From Planctomycetaceae bacterium (GTDB lineage: Bacteria > Planctomycetota > Planctomycetia > Pirellulales > Pirellulaceae): DNA of 64,000 nucleotides. Each line of letters opens with the position of its first letter. The stretch's first letter is position 1. This document shows, one piece after another, positions 48,507 to 57,015 of the stretch. The notes below the pieces were generated by a model that worked only from the letters and a program-made list of their open reading frames with translations, had not been told where the DNA came from and did no database searches. Where the stretch lies: NCBI GenBank assembly GCA_007121535.1, contig SKKK01000168.1, forward strand, positions 16,956-80,955, read 5' to 3'. A program made the translations under genes and the position numbers.

Positions 48507-49448
48507 ATGGAAATTCAGACGGACCGCCTGCACAACGAAGATTGTATCGAGGGCATGAGCAAACTGCCGCCGGGCTGCATCGATCTGGCGTTTGCCGATC
48601 CGCCGTTCAACATCGGCTACAAGTACGACGTGTACCGCGACGATCTGGACGATAACGATTACCTCGATTCGTGCGACCGCTGGATCGGCCAGGTCGTGCG
48701 ATTGTTGAAGGACGATGGCACCTTTTGGCTGGCCATCGGCGACGAATACGCGGCCGAGTTGAAGGTGCTGATGCAGCGTCAGCACCGGCTGGTCTGCCGC
48801 AGTTGGGTGATTTGGTACTATACGTTCGGCGTCCACTGCAAGCAGAAGTTTGCACGCTCGCACGCTCATCTGTTCCAAATGGTCAAAGACCCGAAGCGGT
48901 ACACCTTTGAAGTCGATCAGATTCGCGTACCTTCAGCCCGTCAGTTGGTCTACCAAGACGCGCGTGCCGATCCACGCGGGCGGCTGCCGGACGACACATG
49001 GATTCTACGACCGCAGGATCTGCGCGAAGGTTTCTCCGGCGACGAAGACACATGGTACTTCCCTCGAGTCGCCGGGACGTTCCACGAACGCGAGGGATTT
49101 CACGGATGCCAAATGCCCGAGCAGTTGCTGGGACGAATCCTGCGAGCGTGCAGCCGTGAGGGCGAAATCGTGTTGGACCCCTTCGCGGGTAGTGGGACCA
49201 CGTTGGCCGTCGCCAAGAAACTGGGCCGCCGTTACTTGGGATTCGAGCTGTCGGCCGACTATGCTCAGAAGATCGAGCGTCGTTTGTCCAGAATCTGCGT
49301 CGGCGATCGATTGGAGGGCGCCGAGGAACCTTTGGTCAGCGCTCCCAGCACGACCGATGGCAAGCGTTGGGCATCGACCGCGTCCACAAATACACCGAAC
49401 AACAAGCGTGCTACCGGATCCCGCCAGAAACTCTTACCGGGGTTATGA
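48507..49448 (+). CDS. site-specific DNA methyltransferase (beta-class N6A/N4C, DPPF motif)
   Basis: [30 protein letters not shown] (motif IV) lies upstream of [26 protein letters not shown] (motif I). No restriction endonuclease gene is adjacent. Confidence 0.9.
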   Translation: MEIQTDRLHNEDCIEGMSKLPPGCIDLAFADPPFNIGYKYDVYRDDLDDNDYLDSCDRWIGQVVRLLKDDGTFWLAIGDEYAAELKVLMQRQHRLVCRSWVIWYYTFGVHCKQKFARSHAHLFQMVKDPKRYTFEVDQIRVPSARQLVYQDARADPRGRLPDDTWILRPQDLREGFSGDEDTWYFPRVAGTFHEREGFHGCQMPEQLLGRILRACSREGEIVLDPFAGSGTTLAVAKKLGRRYLGFELSADYAQKIERRLSRICVGDRLEGAEEPLVSAPSTTDGKRWASTASTNTPNNKRATGSRQKLLPGL

Positions 49449-50266
49449 TCATGAAATTCGCCATTTGCAACGAAACCTTTCGGGACTGGCCTTTCGACAA
49501 AGCGTTCGCGTTCGCTCGTCAACTGGGCTACACGGGCATCGAATTTGCGCCCTTCACCATGAACAAAGATGCGCGGAAGATCACCGCCCAGCAACGTCAG
49601 GACGTCCGGCGACAGGCGGAAGCGGCGGATCTGCAGGTCGTCGGACTGCATTGGCTGCTGGCCTTTACCGAAGGCTTCTACTTGACCAGTCCCGATCGGG
49701 CGGTCCGAGCCAATACGACCGAATACCTGGCCGATTTGGCTCGATTGTGCCGCGACCTGGGCGGTCGGGTGATGGTCCTGGGTTCGCCCCAGCAGCGCAA
49801 TCTGCTGCCCGGCGTGACCCTGGACCAAGCGATGGACTATGCCGCCGCTGTCCTGCAGGGCGCCATGCCCGCAATGGAGGAATGCGGTGTGGTGCTGGCC
49901 GTCGAACCGCTCAGCCCGGAAGAGGGCGATTTTCTGCTGACGGCCGAGTTGGGCGTCGAACTGATGCACAAAGTCGCTTCGCCCCATTGCCGCCTGCACC
50001 TGGACGTGAAGGCCATGTCCAGCGAATCGCGCCCGATCCCCGACATCATCCGCCAAAACGCTTCGTACCTGGAACACGTGCATGCCAACGACGCCAATCG
50101 TCGAGGTCCCGGGATGGGAGAGATCGATTTTGTGCCCATCCTGGCCGCGCTGCGCGAGATCGATTATCAAGGTTGGGTCTCGGTCGAGGTCTTCGACTAT
50201 GAACCCGGCGTCGAGGCGTTGGCCGGGGACAGTATCCGTTACTTGCAGCAATGCTTGGCTTCATGA
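49445..50266 (+). CDS. sugar phosphate isomerase/epimerase (xylose-isomerase-like TIM barrel)
   Basis: [35 protein letters not shown]...LAVEPL...[11 protein letters not shown] 49445 overlaps the MTase stop codon (ATGA). Alternative ATG at 49451. Confidence 0.85.
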   Translation: MIMKFAICNETFRDWPFDKAFAFARQLGYTGIEFAPFTMNKDARKITAQQRQDVRRQAEAADLQVVGLHWLLAFTEGFYLTSPDRAVRANTTEYLADLARLCRDLGGRVMVLGSPQQRNLLPGVTLDQAMDYAAAVLQGAMPAMEECGVVLAVEPLSPEEGDFLLTAELGVELMHKVASPHCRLHLDVKAMSSESRPIPDIIRQNASYLEHVHANDANRRGPGMGEIDFVPILAALREIDYQGWVSVEVFDYEPGVEALAGDSIRYLQQCLAS

Positions 50267-50282
50267 ACCGGAGGACCGCACG

Positions 50283-50792
50283 ATGAGCGAGGAATCCCTT
50301 CGTCGGCAATTGTTGGATTCGTTCAAGAATCGAGCCCTTTTGTATGCGCTGATCTACGAGGAACTCAGCCAGGAGGTCGGCGAGCAGCGTGCGGAAGCGA
50401 TCATGAAGCGAGCCATCCTGCGTCGCGGTCAGCAGATCGGCCAGCAGTTTCGCGATTACGCACCGGACGACTTCGCGGGACTCTGCGAGGCCTTCGTTGC
50501 AAACGTCCCCGACGATGGGCGCTTGTTCCAACCCAACGTCATCCGTTGCGATTCGCAGGGTCTGGACATCGAGCTGCAGCAATGCCCCTTGAAGACCGCC
50601 TGGGAGGAATTGGGATTGGACGAATCGCGACGAGAAACCCTTTGTCGCATCGCCGGGGAAATCGACAAAGGCACCTTCGAAGCCGCCGGCTTCGCCTTCA
50701 CCGTCGACACCTGGAAACCCGGCCGCTCCGCCTGCTGCCACCTCCACATCCGCCCCGGTCGCTCCGACGCCGCATCCACTAGTTCCACTTGA
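50283..50792 (+). CDS. L-2-amino-thiazoline-4-carboxylic acid hydrolase-like protein
   Basis: MSEESLRRQLLDSFKNRALLYALIYEEL...CPLKTAWEELGL...LCRIAGEIDKG...ACCHLHI resembles the ATC_hydrolase family as I remember it. Confidence 0.55.
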   Translation: MSEESLRRQLLDSFKNRALLYALIYEELSQEVGEQRAEAIMKRAILRRGQQIGQQFRDYAPDDFAGLCEAFVANVPDDGRLFQPNVIRCDSQGLDIELQQCPLKTAWEELGLDESRRETLCRIAGEIDKGTFEAAGFAFTVDTWKPGRSACCHLHIRPGRSDAASTSST

Positions 50793-51060
50793 TCCGTTTT
50801 CCACGCGGCCAACTCGTTGAGCCCATTTCGCGATGGAGGATCGGTTAAGCAGGAAGCTCAGCATCTCGCTCAAGAACTCTGCGGAGTCCCGAGCGGTTGA
50901 GCTATGCGATGCTGAACTGCTATTTGCTTCTCAGAAGAACGCCCCACTGCCCTTTGGCTCGGCTCTTGCAGTGTCATACGGTGACGGCAACAATAGTGAA
51001 TGCTCCTAAATCGGCCCCATTGATCGGCTCCGGTCGTGCTGACTGGCGTGAGGATTCATC

Positions 51061-54000
51061 ATGGCTCGAAAACGACAACTTTTCGCAACATCCGTCAACA
51101 ATCCGGAGAGCCGAGATAATCTGCCCGAGGGTATTACGCTCGAGCAGCAGTTGCACGCCCTCGGAAGCCCCCAAGAATTTACCAGTCTCGCGTGGTCGCC
51201 GGATGGCCAGTCGCTGGTTGCAGGAACGGTGACCGGAGTTGTGACGTTGTGGACCGCGTCTCGGGGAAAGATTCAACACGAATCCACTTGGTTGACGAAC
51301 ATCGAACGCATCTACGCCTTGGCTTGGGCGTCGGATAGCAACCGATTCGTTGTTGGTGGTCACAGCAACCGCTTCATCTTGATCGACAGGCATGAAACGC
51401 AACCCAGGACCGGACTTCGTTCTCCACTTGGTCGCTTGATATTCGGATTAGCTTGGTCCCCGGACGGTTCGACAATCGCTGTCGGGAGTGCCGCCGAGAC
51501 CATTTCCATTGTCAATGTCCAGACGGAACAGACCCAATGGACATTGAACGGACATGGTGACGATATCGGTCGTGTGGCTTGGAACCCCGACGGGCGATTG
51601 CTGGCGTCGGCATCTGTAGACTGTACCGCTGCGATTTGGGACGTATCTTCCGGTGGGATGCTGCGCCGATTGTCTGGGCACTCTGAACCGCTTTCGTGTG
51701 TCGCTTGGCTACATCACGATCAGCACGCTGTTACGGCAGCGTTTGATCACTCGTTGCGCATATGGAACGCCGAATCGGGCGAGCAAATCGCCATGCTGGA
51801 GGGCCATGCGGACCGGGTTTGGTGTGTGTCCGTCATGTCCTGTGGCAGCTTGGCGGCGTCGTATGGCGAGGACGCGATTCGGTTCTGGCGTTTCGACAGA
51901 TTTGAACCGGTCGAAGTGATTCACCAAGAAGGGCTTTCTGGCAGATTGCAATCACTCGAATTCCATCCCACCGAGCCCATCCTTGCCGCCATCACAGACG
52001 GCGGTCAATGCATCTCGCTCTGGCGTTTGGATGTTCCTCGCTTGTTGCATTCACCCAAGCCGCCTGATACGATCCGGTACGCGAACGCCAAGGTGGTCGT
52101 GGTCGGCGATACGGGCGTGGGCAAATCCGGGCTGGCGATCCGTTTGAAGGACGACCGGTTCGAGCAGACCGAGTCGACGCACGCTCGCCGTGCGACGGTC
52201 CTGGACGCTGAGATGGTGGACGATCCGGTTGCTCCCGGGCGGCAGATCGCGCACGAGACACTGCTCTGGGACCTGGCCGGGCAACCCGGTTACCGTTTAG
52301 TCCACCAATTGTCGCTGGACGATGCGGTGGTGGCGCTGGTGTTGTTCGACGCCCGCAGCGAGACCGATCCGTTCAGCGGCGCTGCGTACTGGTCAAAGGC
52401 GCTCGGCCAGGCGCGATCCAACGTACCGATCAAGAAACTGTTGGTGGCCGCGCGCGTCGACCGCGGCGGCGTGGGCGTCAGCCGCGAGCGGATCGAGCGG
52501 TTCGTGCAGGAACACGGCTTCGACGGGTTCTACCGGACCAGCGCTTTGACCGGCGAAGGGCGCGAGGAGCTGCTGAACGCGATCCGCCGCGCGATCCCGT
52601 GGGAACGGTTGCCGATCGTCTCGTCGAACCGGTTGCTTTCCGATCTTCGAATCTTCCTCCGCCAGCGCCGTGCCGACCCCAACCAGCCGCTGATGGTCAC
52701 CGCGGGCGAACTGTGGCAGGAGGTCCGGCATTCGAACGTGCTGGACAACGTACCCGATGCCGACGGCAAGCGGACGTTCGACCAGTTCGCCGCCAGCCTG
52801 CAGCGGCTGCACGAAGCGGATGTGATCGAATTGCTGAGCTACCAGAGCACCGACCGGAAACCAACGCCGGATATCGACGTACTGCTTGAGCCTACATTCG
52901 TAGATGCCTACGCTTCGGCGGTTATCCTGGCAGCGCGGGACGAACCGGATGGACTGGGACATCTACCGGAGTCCGACATCTTGAAAGGCCGCTTCCCGCT
53001 GGATCCGGCCGAGCGTCTGACCGATGGCGACGCGGAACGCAAGGTGCTGGTAATGGTAATCGAGCGGTTCTTGGATCGGGAGATCGCGTTCCGCGAGCGC
53101 ATCGACGGCGTGGATTATTTGGTGTTTCCGTCCCAATACACCCGCGAAGCGCCGTTTCCGGGCAGCAGCTCGTATGGCATCCGATACGATTTTGCCGGCC
53201 CGCTGCTTAGCATCTTCGCCACGCTGGCCGTCCGCTTGGCTCACCATTCGGGATTCGGCAGCCGACAGTTCTATCGCAACGCGGCTGCCTACGAACCTGC
53301 GGACGGCGGGCGGTGTGCGATCTTGTTCGAGGACCTCGACGAGGGCCGTGGCCGGTTGTCGGTCTTCTTCGAAGACGGGGTGACCATCGAATCGCAGGGC
53401 GTCTTTCTGGAGTACGTCTACGAACACTTGCTGCGCAAGGCCCTGCCAGGCAGCATCGTTCGCCGACGGGCGTATCATTGTCGTAAGTGCGGTTATCTGT
53501 TCGACGATCGGGTGGTCGAACGCCGGTTGGAACGAGGCGATGATCAGATTGTTTGTTCCAATTGCGATACGCGATCGCCGCTGTACGATCTGCTGCTGGC
53601 GCCCAGCGACCGTGATCGCGAAGCGATTGCTCGGATCGATGCCGAGGCGCGCTCCGGGATGCACCGTCAGTTGGCCGTCACGGCGATCCAGGGTAAGAAA
53701 CGCAGTGGAGCGTTCGATTTGTACTTAGCGTATCCGCCTACGGACCGCGACGCGGCGTTATGGTTGGCGGAATGGCTGCAAGCGTTGGGGCTGCGTCCCT
53801 GGCTGGACGTCTGGCAAGCGGTACCGGGTCAGACTTGGGAACAGACGCTTGCATCATCGACGGACCGGATACGAGCGGTTTTGGTGGCTGCCGGTTCAAG
53901 CGAACGGCAGGTTTGGCACGATACGTCACAAGCGAAGGTGCTGGCTGCGTTCGCCGAACGGCAAGCCCGCTTCTCGATGGCGCGGCTGCCGCGGGCCGAC

Positions 54001-55836
54001 CCCCCGGAATCGGTGCGCGAGACAGCGCTCCAAGAGGCTCCGGGAGCCGACGTTGCCCCGTCGATCAAATTCCTCCGAAACCGAACTTGGGTCGATCTGC
54101 GCTGGCCGGATGCGGAGGATGTGGAACCGTTCGAAGAATGCCTGCGGCAATTTCTTGGGCGACCTTCGCACGAGTTTGGAGCATCCGAACGGACCCGGGA
54201 AGTGCTGGCATGGAAGCTGGAAGACGAGCGGCGACGGCGACAGTGGGTCGATGCACACCGCGATGCTGCCACCCTGATTCGCTTGGTCCCCGATTCGAAA
54301 CCGGAGACATTCGGCAGCGATGGTCCGGAATCGTTGCGTCTTCAGATTGCGGAAGCGATCGGGATGCCGTCTGCATTCGTCTCGGTTTTTAACCAACAGA
54401 TCTCACCGCCGCGAGTCACGCTCCGGTTCGCGGTCCCCGAGGACGCTGAGCGGCTGCTCGCGATGGTCCAAATCGACGATCCGTTCCTGATCGAAGTGCT
54501 GAACCGCTGGGCGGTCGATCGCACGAGGTTCCACAGCCACAACCAGAATGCACTGGCGCCCCTGAAAACGCACTTAGCAGGGAAGTCGCTCACGTCAACG
54601 CGTGCAGTAGGCCGGATTGAACCCCGGGAAAGGCCGCCGGAGCAGCAACCAGCCGTTCAGATCCTGCGCGTTCGGATGAAAAACTTCCGTTGCTTTGAGG
54701 AACTCTCGTTGGATTTGGACCGTCCCTCGACACTCGGCGGCTTCTGGACTTGCTTGGTCGGTATTAACGGCTCGGGAAAATCGTCCATCTTGCAAGCGAT
54801 CTGTATCGGACTGCTCAGTCAGCCGACGGTCCACGAGTTGGGCCACGGCTCGCTCGAGCGGCTGCGCCGATTGCATGACGGTCGCCGCCAGGATCTGGAA
54901 GTGACGATCCACTGTCGCGACATGGACGGCAACGAATTCGACGAATGGATCACCATCAAAGCGGACGGGGTTCGGTCGGGCCGGCGGGCGCGGCGTCTGC
55001 TTAAACCGGCAGCGATGGACCGATCGCTGCTGGTCGTCTCCTACGGGGCGACGCGGAATCTGTCCGAAGCGACGGATACACGGCACGCGGACAAGAGCGA
55101 CGAAGCACAACGGCAGATGACGCTGTTCGATCCGCTGGCAAGTGTCGCCAGCGCGGAATCTCTGTTGACCGCAAGAAACCAGGATACGGGGTTTCTGCGA
55201 TTGTTTGCGCAATTGGTGAGCGAGGTTTTCGGCGAGCATTTGCGGATTGAGCCGCGAGACGGCGGCGTGGCGTTCCGTACCGAAGGAGAGATACTGGACG
55301 CCGTCGAGTTGCCGGACGGATTCCGATCGAGTGTAGCGTGGATGGCCGATCTGTGCCAGGCATGGTGCCTGCGGTTCCCCGAGCGGGCGAGCCAAGCCAG
55401 TCCGGCCGACATCGAAGCGGTCGTCTTGATCGACGAAATCGATCTGCACCTGCATATGTCGCTGCAAAGAGAACTGGTGCCGGCGTTGCGAAAAGTGCTG
55501 CCGCGGGTCCAATGGATCGTCTCGACGCACTCGCCAATGATTCTGACCAGTTTCGACCGTCACGAGATCATGGCCTTGGATCGAAGCGAGCCCAACGGCC
55601 TGCGGGATTTGGACCGGCAGATTCTCGGCTGGACGACCGACGAGGTGATCCACTGGCTGATGGAAACTCCGGCGACCAGTCTGGTCATGGAGGAGAAGTT
55701 GCGCGAGACTGCGCGATCGGGCGGTGATCAATCGGATTTGGCGGTCCTCCTGGAAACATCCGACCAGGTGGATGAAAAGGACGCTCGTCGCCGGGTGGCT
55801 GCCCTGAAATCGCGTCTGGAGAAATACAAGCCATGA
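51061..55836 (+). CDS. 1591-aa multidomain protein: WD40 repeats - Roc-type GTPase/COR-like - zinc ribbon - TIR-like - PtuA-like ABC/AAA_15-21 ATPase
   Basis: - WD40 blades (LAWSPDG.., AWNPDGRLLASASVDCTAAIWD, DHSLRIWN), ~51170-52040.
- GTPase G1 GDTGVGKS (52105-52128), G3 DLAGQ (52270-52284), G5 TSAL.
- CRKCG...CSNCD ribbon (53479-53570).
- FDLYLAYPPTDRDAALWLAEWLQALGLRPWLDVW (from 53713).
- NFRCFEEL + GINGSGKS Walker A (54760-54783), VVLIDEID Walker B (55420-55443), STHSP. Confidence 0.9.
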   Translation: MARKRQLFATSVNNPESRDNLPEGITLEQQLHALGSPQEFTSLAWSPDGQSLVAGTVTGVVTLWTASRGKIQHESTWLTNIERIYALAWASDSNRFVVGGHSNRFILIDRHETQPRTGLRSPLGRLIFGLAWSPDGSTIAVGSAAETISIVNVQTEQTQWTLNGHGDDIGRVAWNPDGRLLASASVDCTAAIWDVSSGGMLRRLSGHSEPLSCVAWLHHDQHAVTAAFDHSLRIWNAESGEQIAMLEGHADRVWCVSVMSCGSLAASYGEDAIRFWRFDRFEPVEVIHQEGLSGRLQSLEFHPTEPILAAITDGGQCISLWRLDVPRLLHSPKPPDTIRYANAKVVVVGDTGVGKSGLAIRLKDDRFEQTESTHARRATVLDAEMVDDPVAPGRQIAHETLLWDLAGQPGYRLVHQLSLDDAVVALVLFDARSETDPFSGAAYWSKALGQARSNVPIKKLLVAARVDRGGVGVSRERIERFVQEHGFDGFYRTSALTGEGREELLNAIRRAIPWERLPIVSSNRLLSDLRIFLRQRRADPNQPLMVTAGELWQEVRHSNVLDNVPDADGKRTFDQFAASLQRLHEADVIELLSYQSTDRKPTPDIDVLLEPTFVDAYASAVILAARDEPDGLGHLPESDILKGRFPLDPAERLTDGDAERKVLVMVIERFLDREIAFRERIDGVDYLVFPSQYTREAPFPGSSSYGIRYDFAGPLLSIFATLAVRLAHHSGFGSRQFYRNAAAYEPADGGRCAILFEDLDEGRGRLSVFFEDGVTIESQGVFLEYVYEHLLRKALPGSIVRRRAYHCRKCGYLFDDRVVERRLERGDDQIVCSNCDTRSPLYDLLLAPSDRDREAIARIDAEARSGMHRQLAVTAIQGKKRSGAFDLYLAYPPTDRDAALWLAEWLQALGLRPWLDVWQAVPGQTWEQTLASSTDRIRAVLVAAGSSERQVWHDTSQAKVLAAFAERQARFSMARLPRADPPESVRETALQEAPGADVAPSIKFLRNRTWVDLRWPDAEDVEPFEECLRQFLGRPSHEFGASERTREVLAWKLEDERRRRQWVDAHRDAATLIRLVPDSKPETFGSDGPESLRLQIAEAIGMPSAFVSVFNQQISPPRVTLRFAVPEDAERLLAMVQIDDPFLIEVLNRWAVDRTRFHSHNQNALAPLKTHLAGKSLTSTRAVGRIEPRERPPEQQPAVQILRVRMKNFRCFEELSLDLDRPSTLGGFWTCLVGINGSGKSSILQAICIGLLSQPTVHELGHGSLERLRRLHDGRRQDLEVTIHCRDMDGNEFDEWITIKADGVRSGRRARRLLKPAAMDRSLLVVSYGATRNLSEATDTRHADKSDEAQRQMTLFDPLASVASAESLLTARNQDTGFLRLFAQLVSEVFGEHLRIEPRDGGVAFRTEGEILDAVELPDGFRSSVAWMADLCQAWCLRFPERASQASPADIEAVVLIDEIDLHLHMSLQRELVPALRKVLPRVQWIVSTHSPMILTSFDRHEIMALDRSEPNGLRDLDRQILGWTTDEVIHWLMETPATSLVMEEKLRETARSGGDQSDLAVLLETSDQVDEKDARRRVAALKSRLEKYKP

Positions 55837-56840
55837 GGACGTTGGTGCCGACGAGCCTGTTATCGCCGACTCTGACCAAAGAGGGTGTGGGCGGCCGACT
55901 GGCCGCAAGACACGTCAATGACCGCCACGAAGATTCCACCGCGCGACTCACCTTTCCCAGCCATTGGAACTTACCGGACGTGCGCGGCCTGCTGTACGCG
56001 CGGCATTGGCGCGTCTGCGCGTTCTGCGGTTGCGATTTGCCTCGCAATGACCGAGGCGACGTCGAACATTTTCGGCCCAAAGGAAAGGTAGAAGAAGATG
56101 CCGATCACGGCGGATACTGGTGGTTGGCCTACGATCTGAATAACTACCTGCTCAGTTGTTCGCTGTGCAATCGCGTTCGCAAGCGAGACCGTTTTCCGTT
56201 GCGGCCCGGCGCTCGAGTCCGGACCACATATTCGCAGCGCCGGCGTCTGCGGACAGAAGGACGATTACTGCTGCACCCTGAGTGGGATCCGGTAGAGGAT
56301 TGGCTGCGGGTCCGATGGGAAGAATCGTTATGTTTGATCACGCCTCAGCAGCACCTGTCCCCAGCCGCGCGAAAACGTGTGCAGTTGGTTATCGACTTCT
56401 TCAGTCTGAATCACGATGTGCGGCTGGTGCGTGAGCGAAATCGACTTCGTGACGACGTACTGGACGCCTTGGATCAGGAACGCGGCGAGGATGCAAAGTA
56501 CATGGCACTCCGATTTCGACCGCACAGTCTGGTAGCCAAACAGATCTTGGCGAATCGTGCGCTGCAATACCTTCCGACCATCGAGGAAGAACTGCGGTGG
56601 TTGCTGCACGTCGCCTTGAAGGAATTGCTCGTTGCAGTCGAATTGCAGGACCGGTCGGGCTTGACGGACAGTCCTCATGAACGGCTGACGAAAGAACTAC
56701 TGTGGACTTTGGCAGCGTTGTGCTTGGAACCTTTGACGGGCAACCGCGCCGATGTCGAATCGCTGTTAGAGGATGCTGACATGACAGAAATCGTACGGCC
56801 TTTCATAGATGCTTTCGCACGTGCATATGAAAACCCATAG
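55833..56840 (+). CDS. PtuB/TIGR02646-like HNH endonuclease
   Basis: The ATG overlaps the upstream TGA (ATGA). CAFCGCDL..RGDVEHFRPKG...GYWWLAYDLNNYLLSCSLCNRVRKRDRFPL is the CxxC...(D/E)HFxPK...CxxCNxxK HNH pattern (core 56016-56200). Confidence 0.85.
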   Translation: MRTLVPTSLLSPTLTKEGVGGRLAARHVNDRHEDSTARLTFPSHWNLPDVRGLLYARHWRVCAFCGCDLPRNDRGDVEHFRPKGKVEEDADHGGYWWLAYDLNNYLLSCSLCNRVRKRDRFPLRPGARVRTTYSQRRRLRTEGRLLLHPEWDPVEDWLRVRWEESLCLITPQQHLSPAARKRVQLVIDFFSLNHDVRLVRERNRLRDDVLDALDQERGEDAKYMALRFRPHSLVAKQILANRALQYLPTIEEELRWLLHVALKELLVAVELQDRSGLTDSPHERLTKELLWTLAALCLEPLTGNRADVESLLEDADMTEIVRPFIDAFARAYENP

Positions 56841-56940
56841 GCCAAGGGCGGCAGATTCCGCTGCATCGAAAACGCCGTCCAACCGTTTAACCGGCAGCCG
56901 AAGGCGCCCGCTGAAACGATCAACCAACTACAAAGCGGCT

Positions 56941-57001
56941 TTTCCGAAAACGACTCCCGGCCCCTTCCGAAAAACGCAACACCAATTCATTTGCCGATCG
57001 G
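56941..57001 (+). repeat. truncated copy (right arm + tail only) of the ~125-nt hairpin element
   Basis: TTTCCGAAAACGACTCCCGGCCCC + TTCCGAAAAACGCAACACCAATTCATTTGCCGATCGG. The left arm is absent. Confidence 0.7.
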
Positions 57002-57015
57002 AAGGCGTCGGGGCG

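Noticed and set aside
48850-50202. 450-aa plus-strand ORF spanning the MTase and isomerase genes in another frame
   Set aside because: It is out of frame with two ORFs that both carry recognisable motifs. Its translation is Arg/Ser/Pro-rich.
50046-50873. 275-aa minus-strand ORF just upstream of the giant gene
   Set aside because: Antisense to the ATC-hydrolase-like gene and the 3' end of the isomerase gene. Gly/Ala-rich shadow ORF. Not treated as part of the candidate system.
54595-55908. 437-aa minus-strand ORF inside the candidate defence locus
   Set aside because: Antisense to the ATPase part of the giant gene. It is low-complexity and Arg/Pro-rich, whereas the plus-strand frame carries Walker A/B and HNH motifs.
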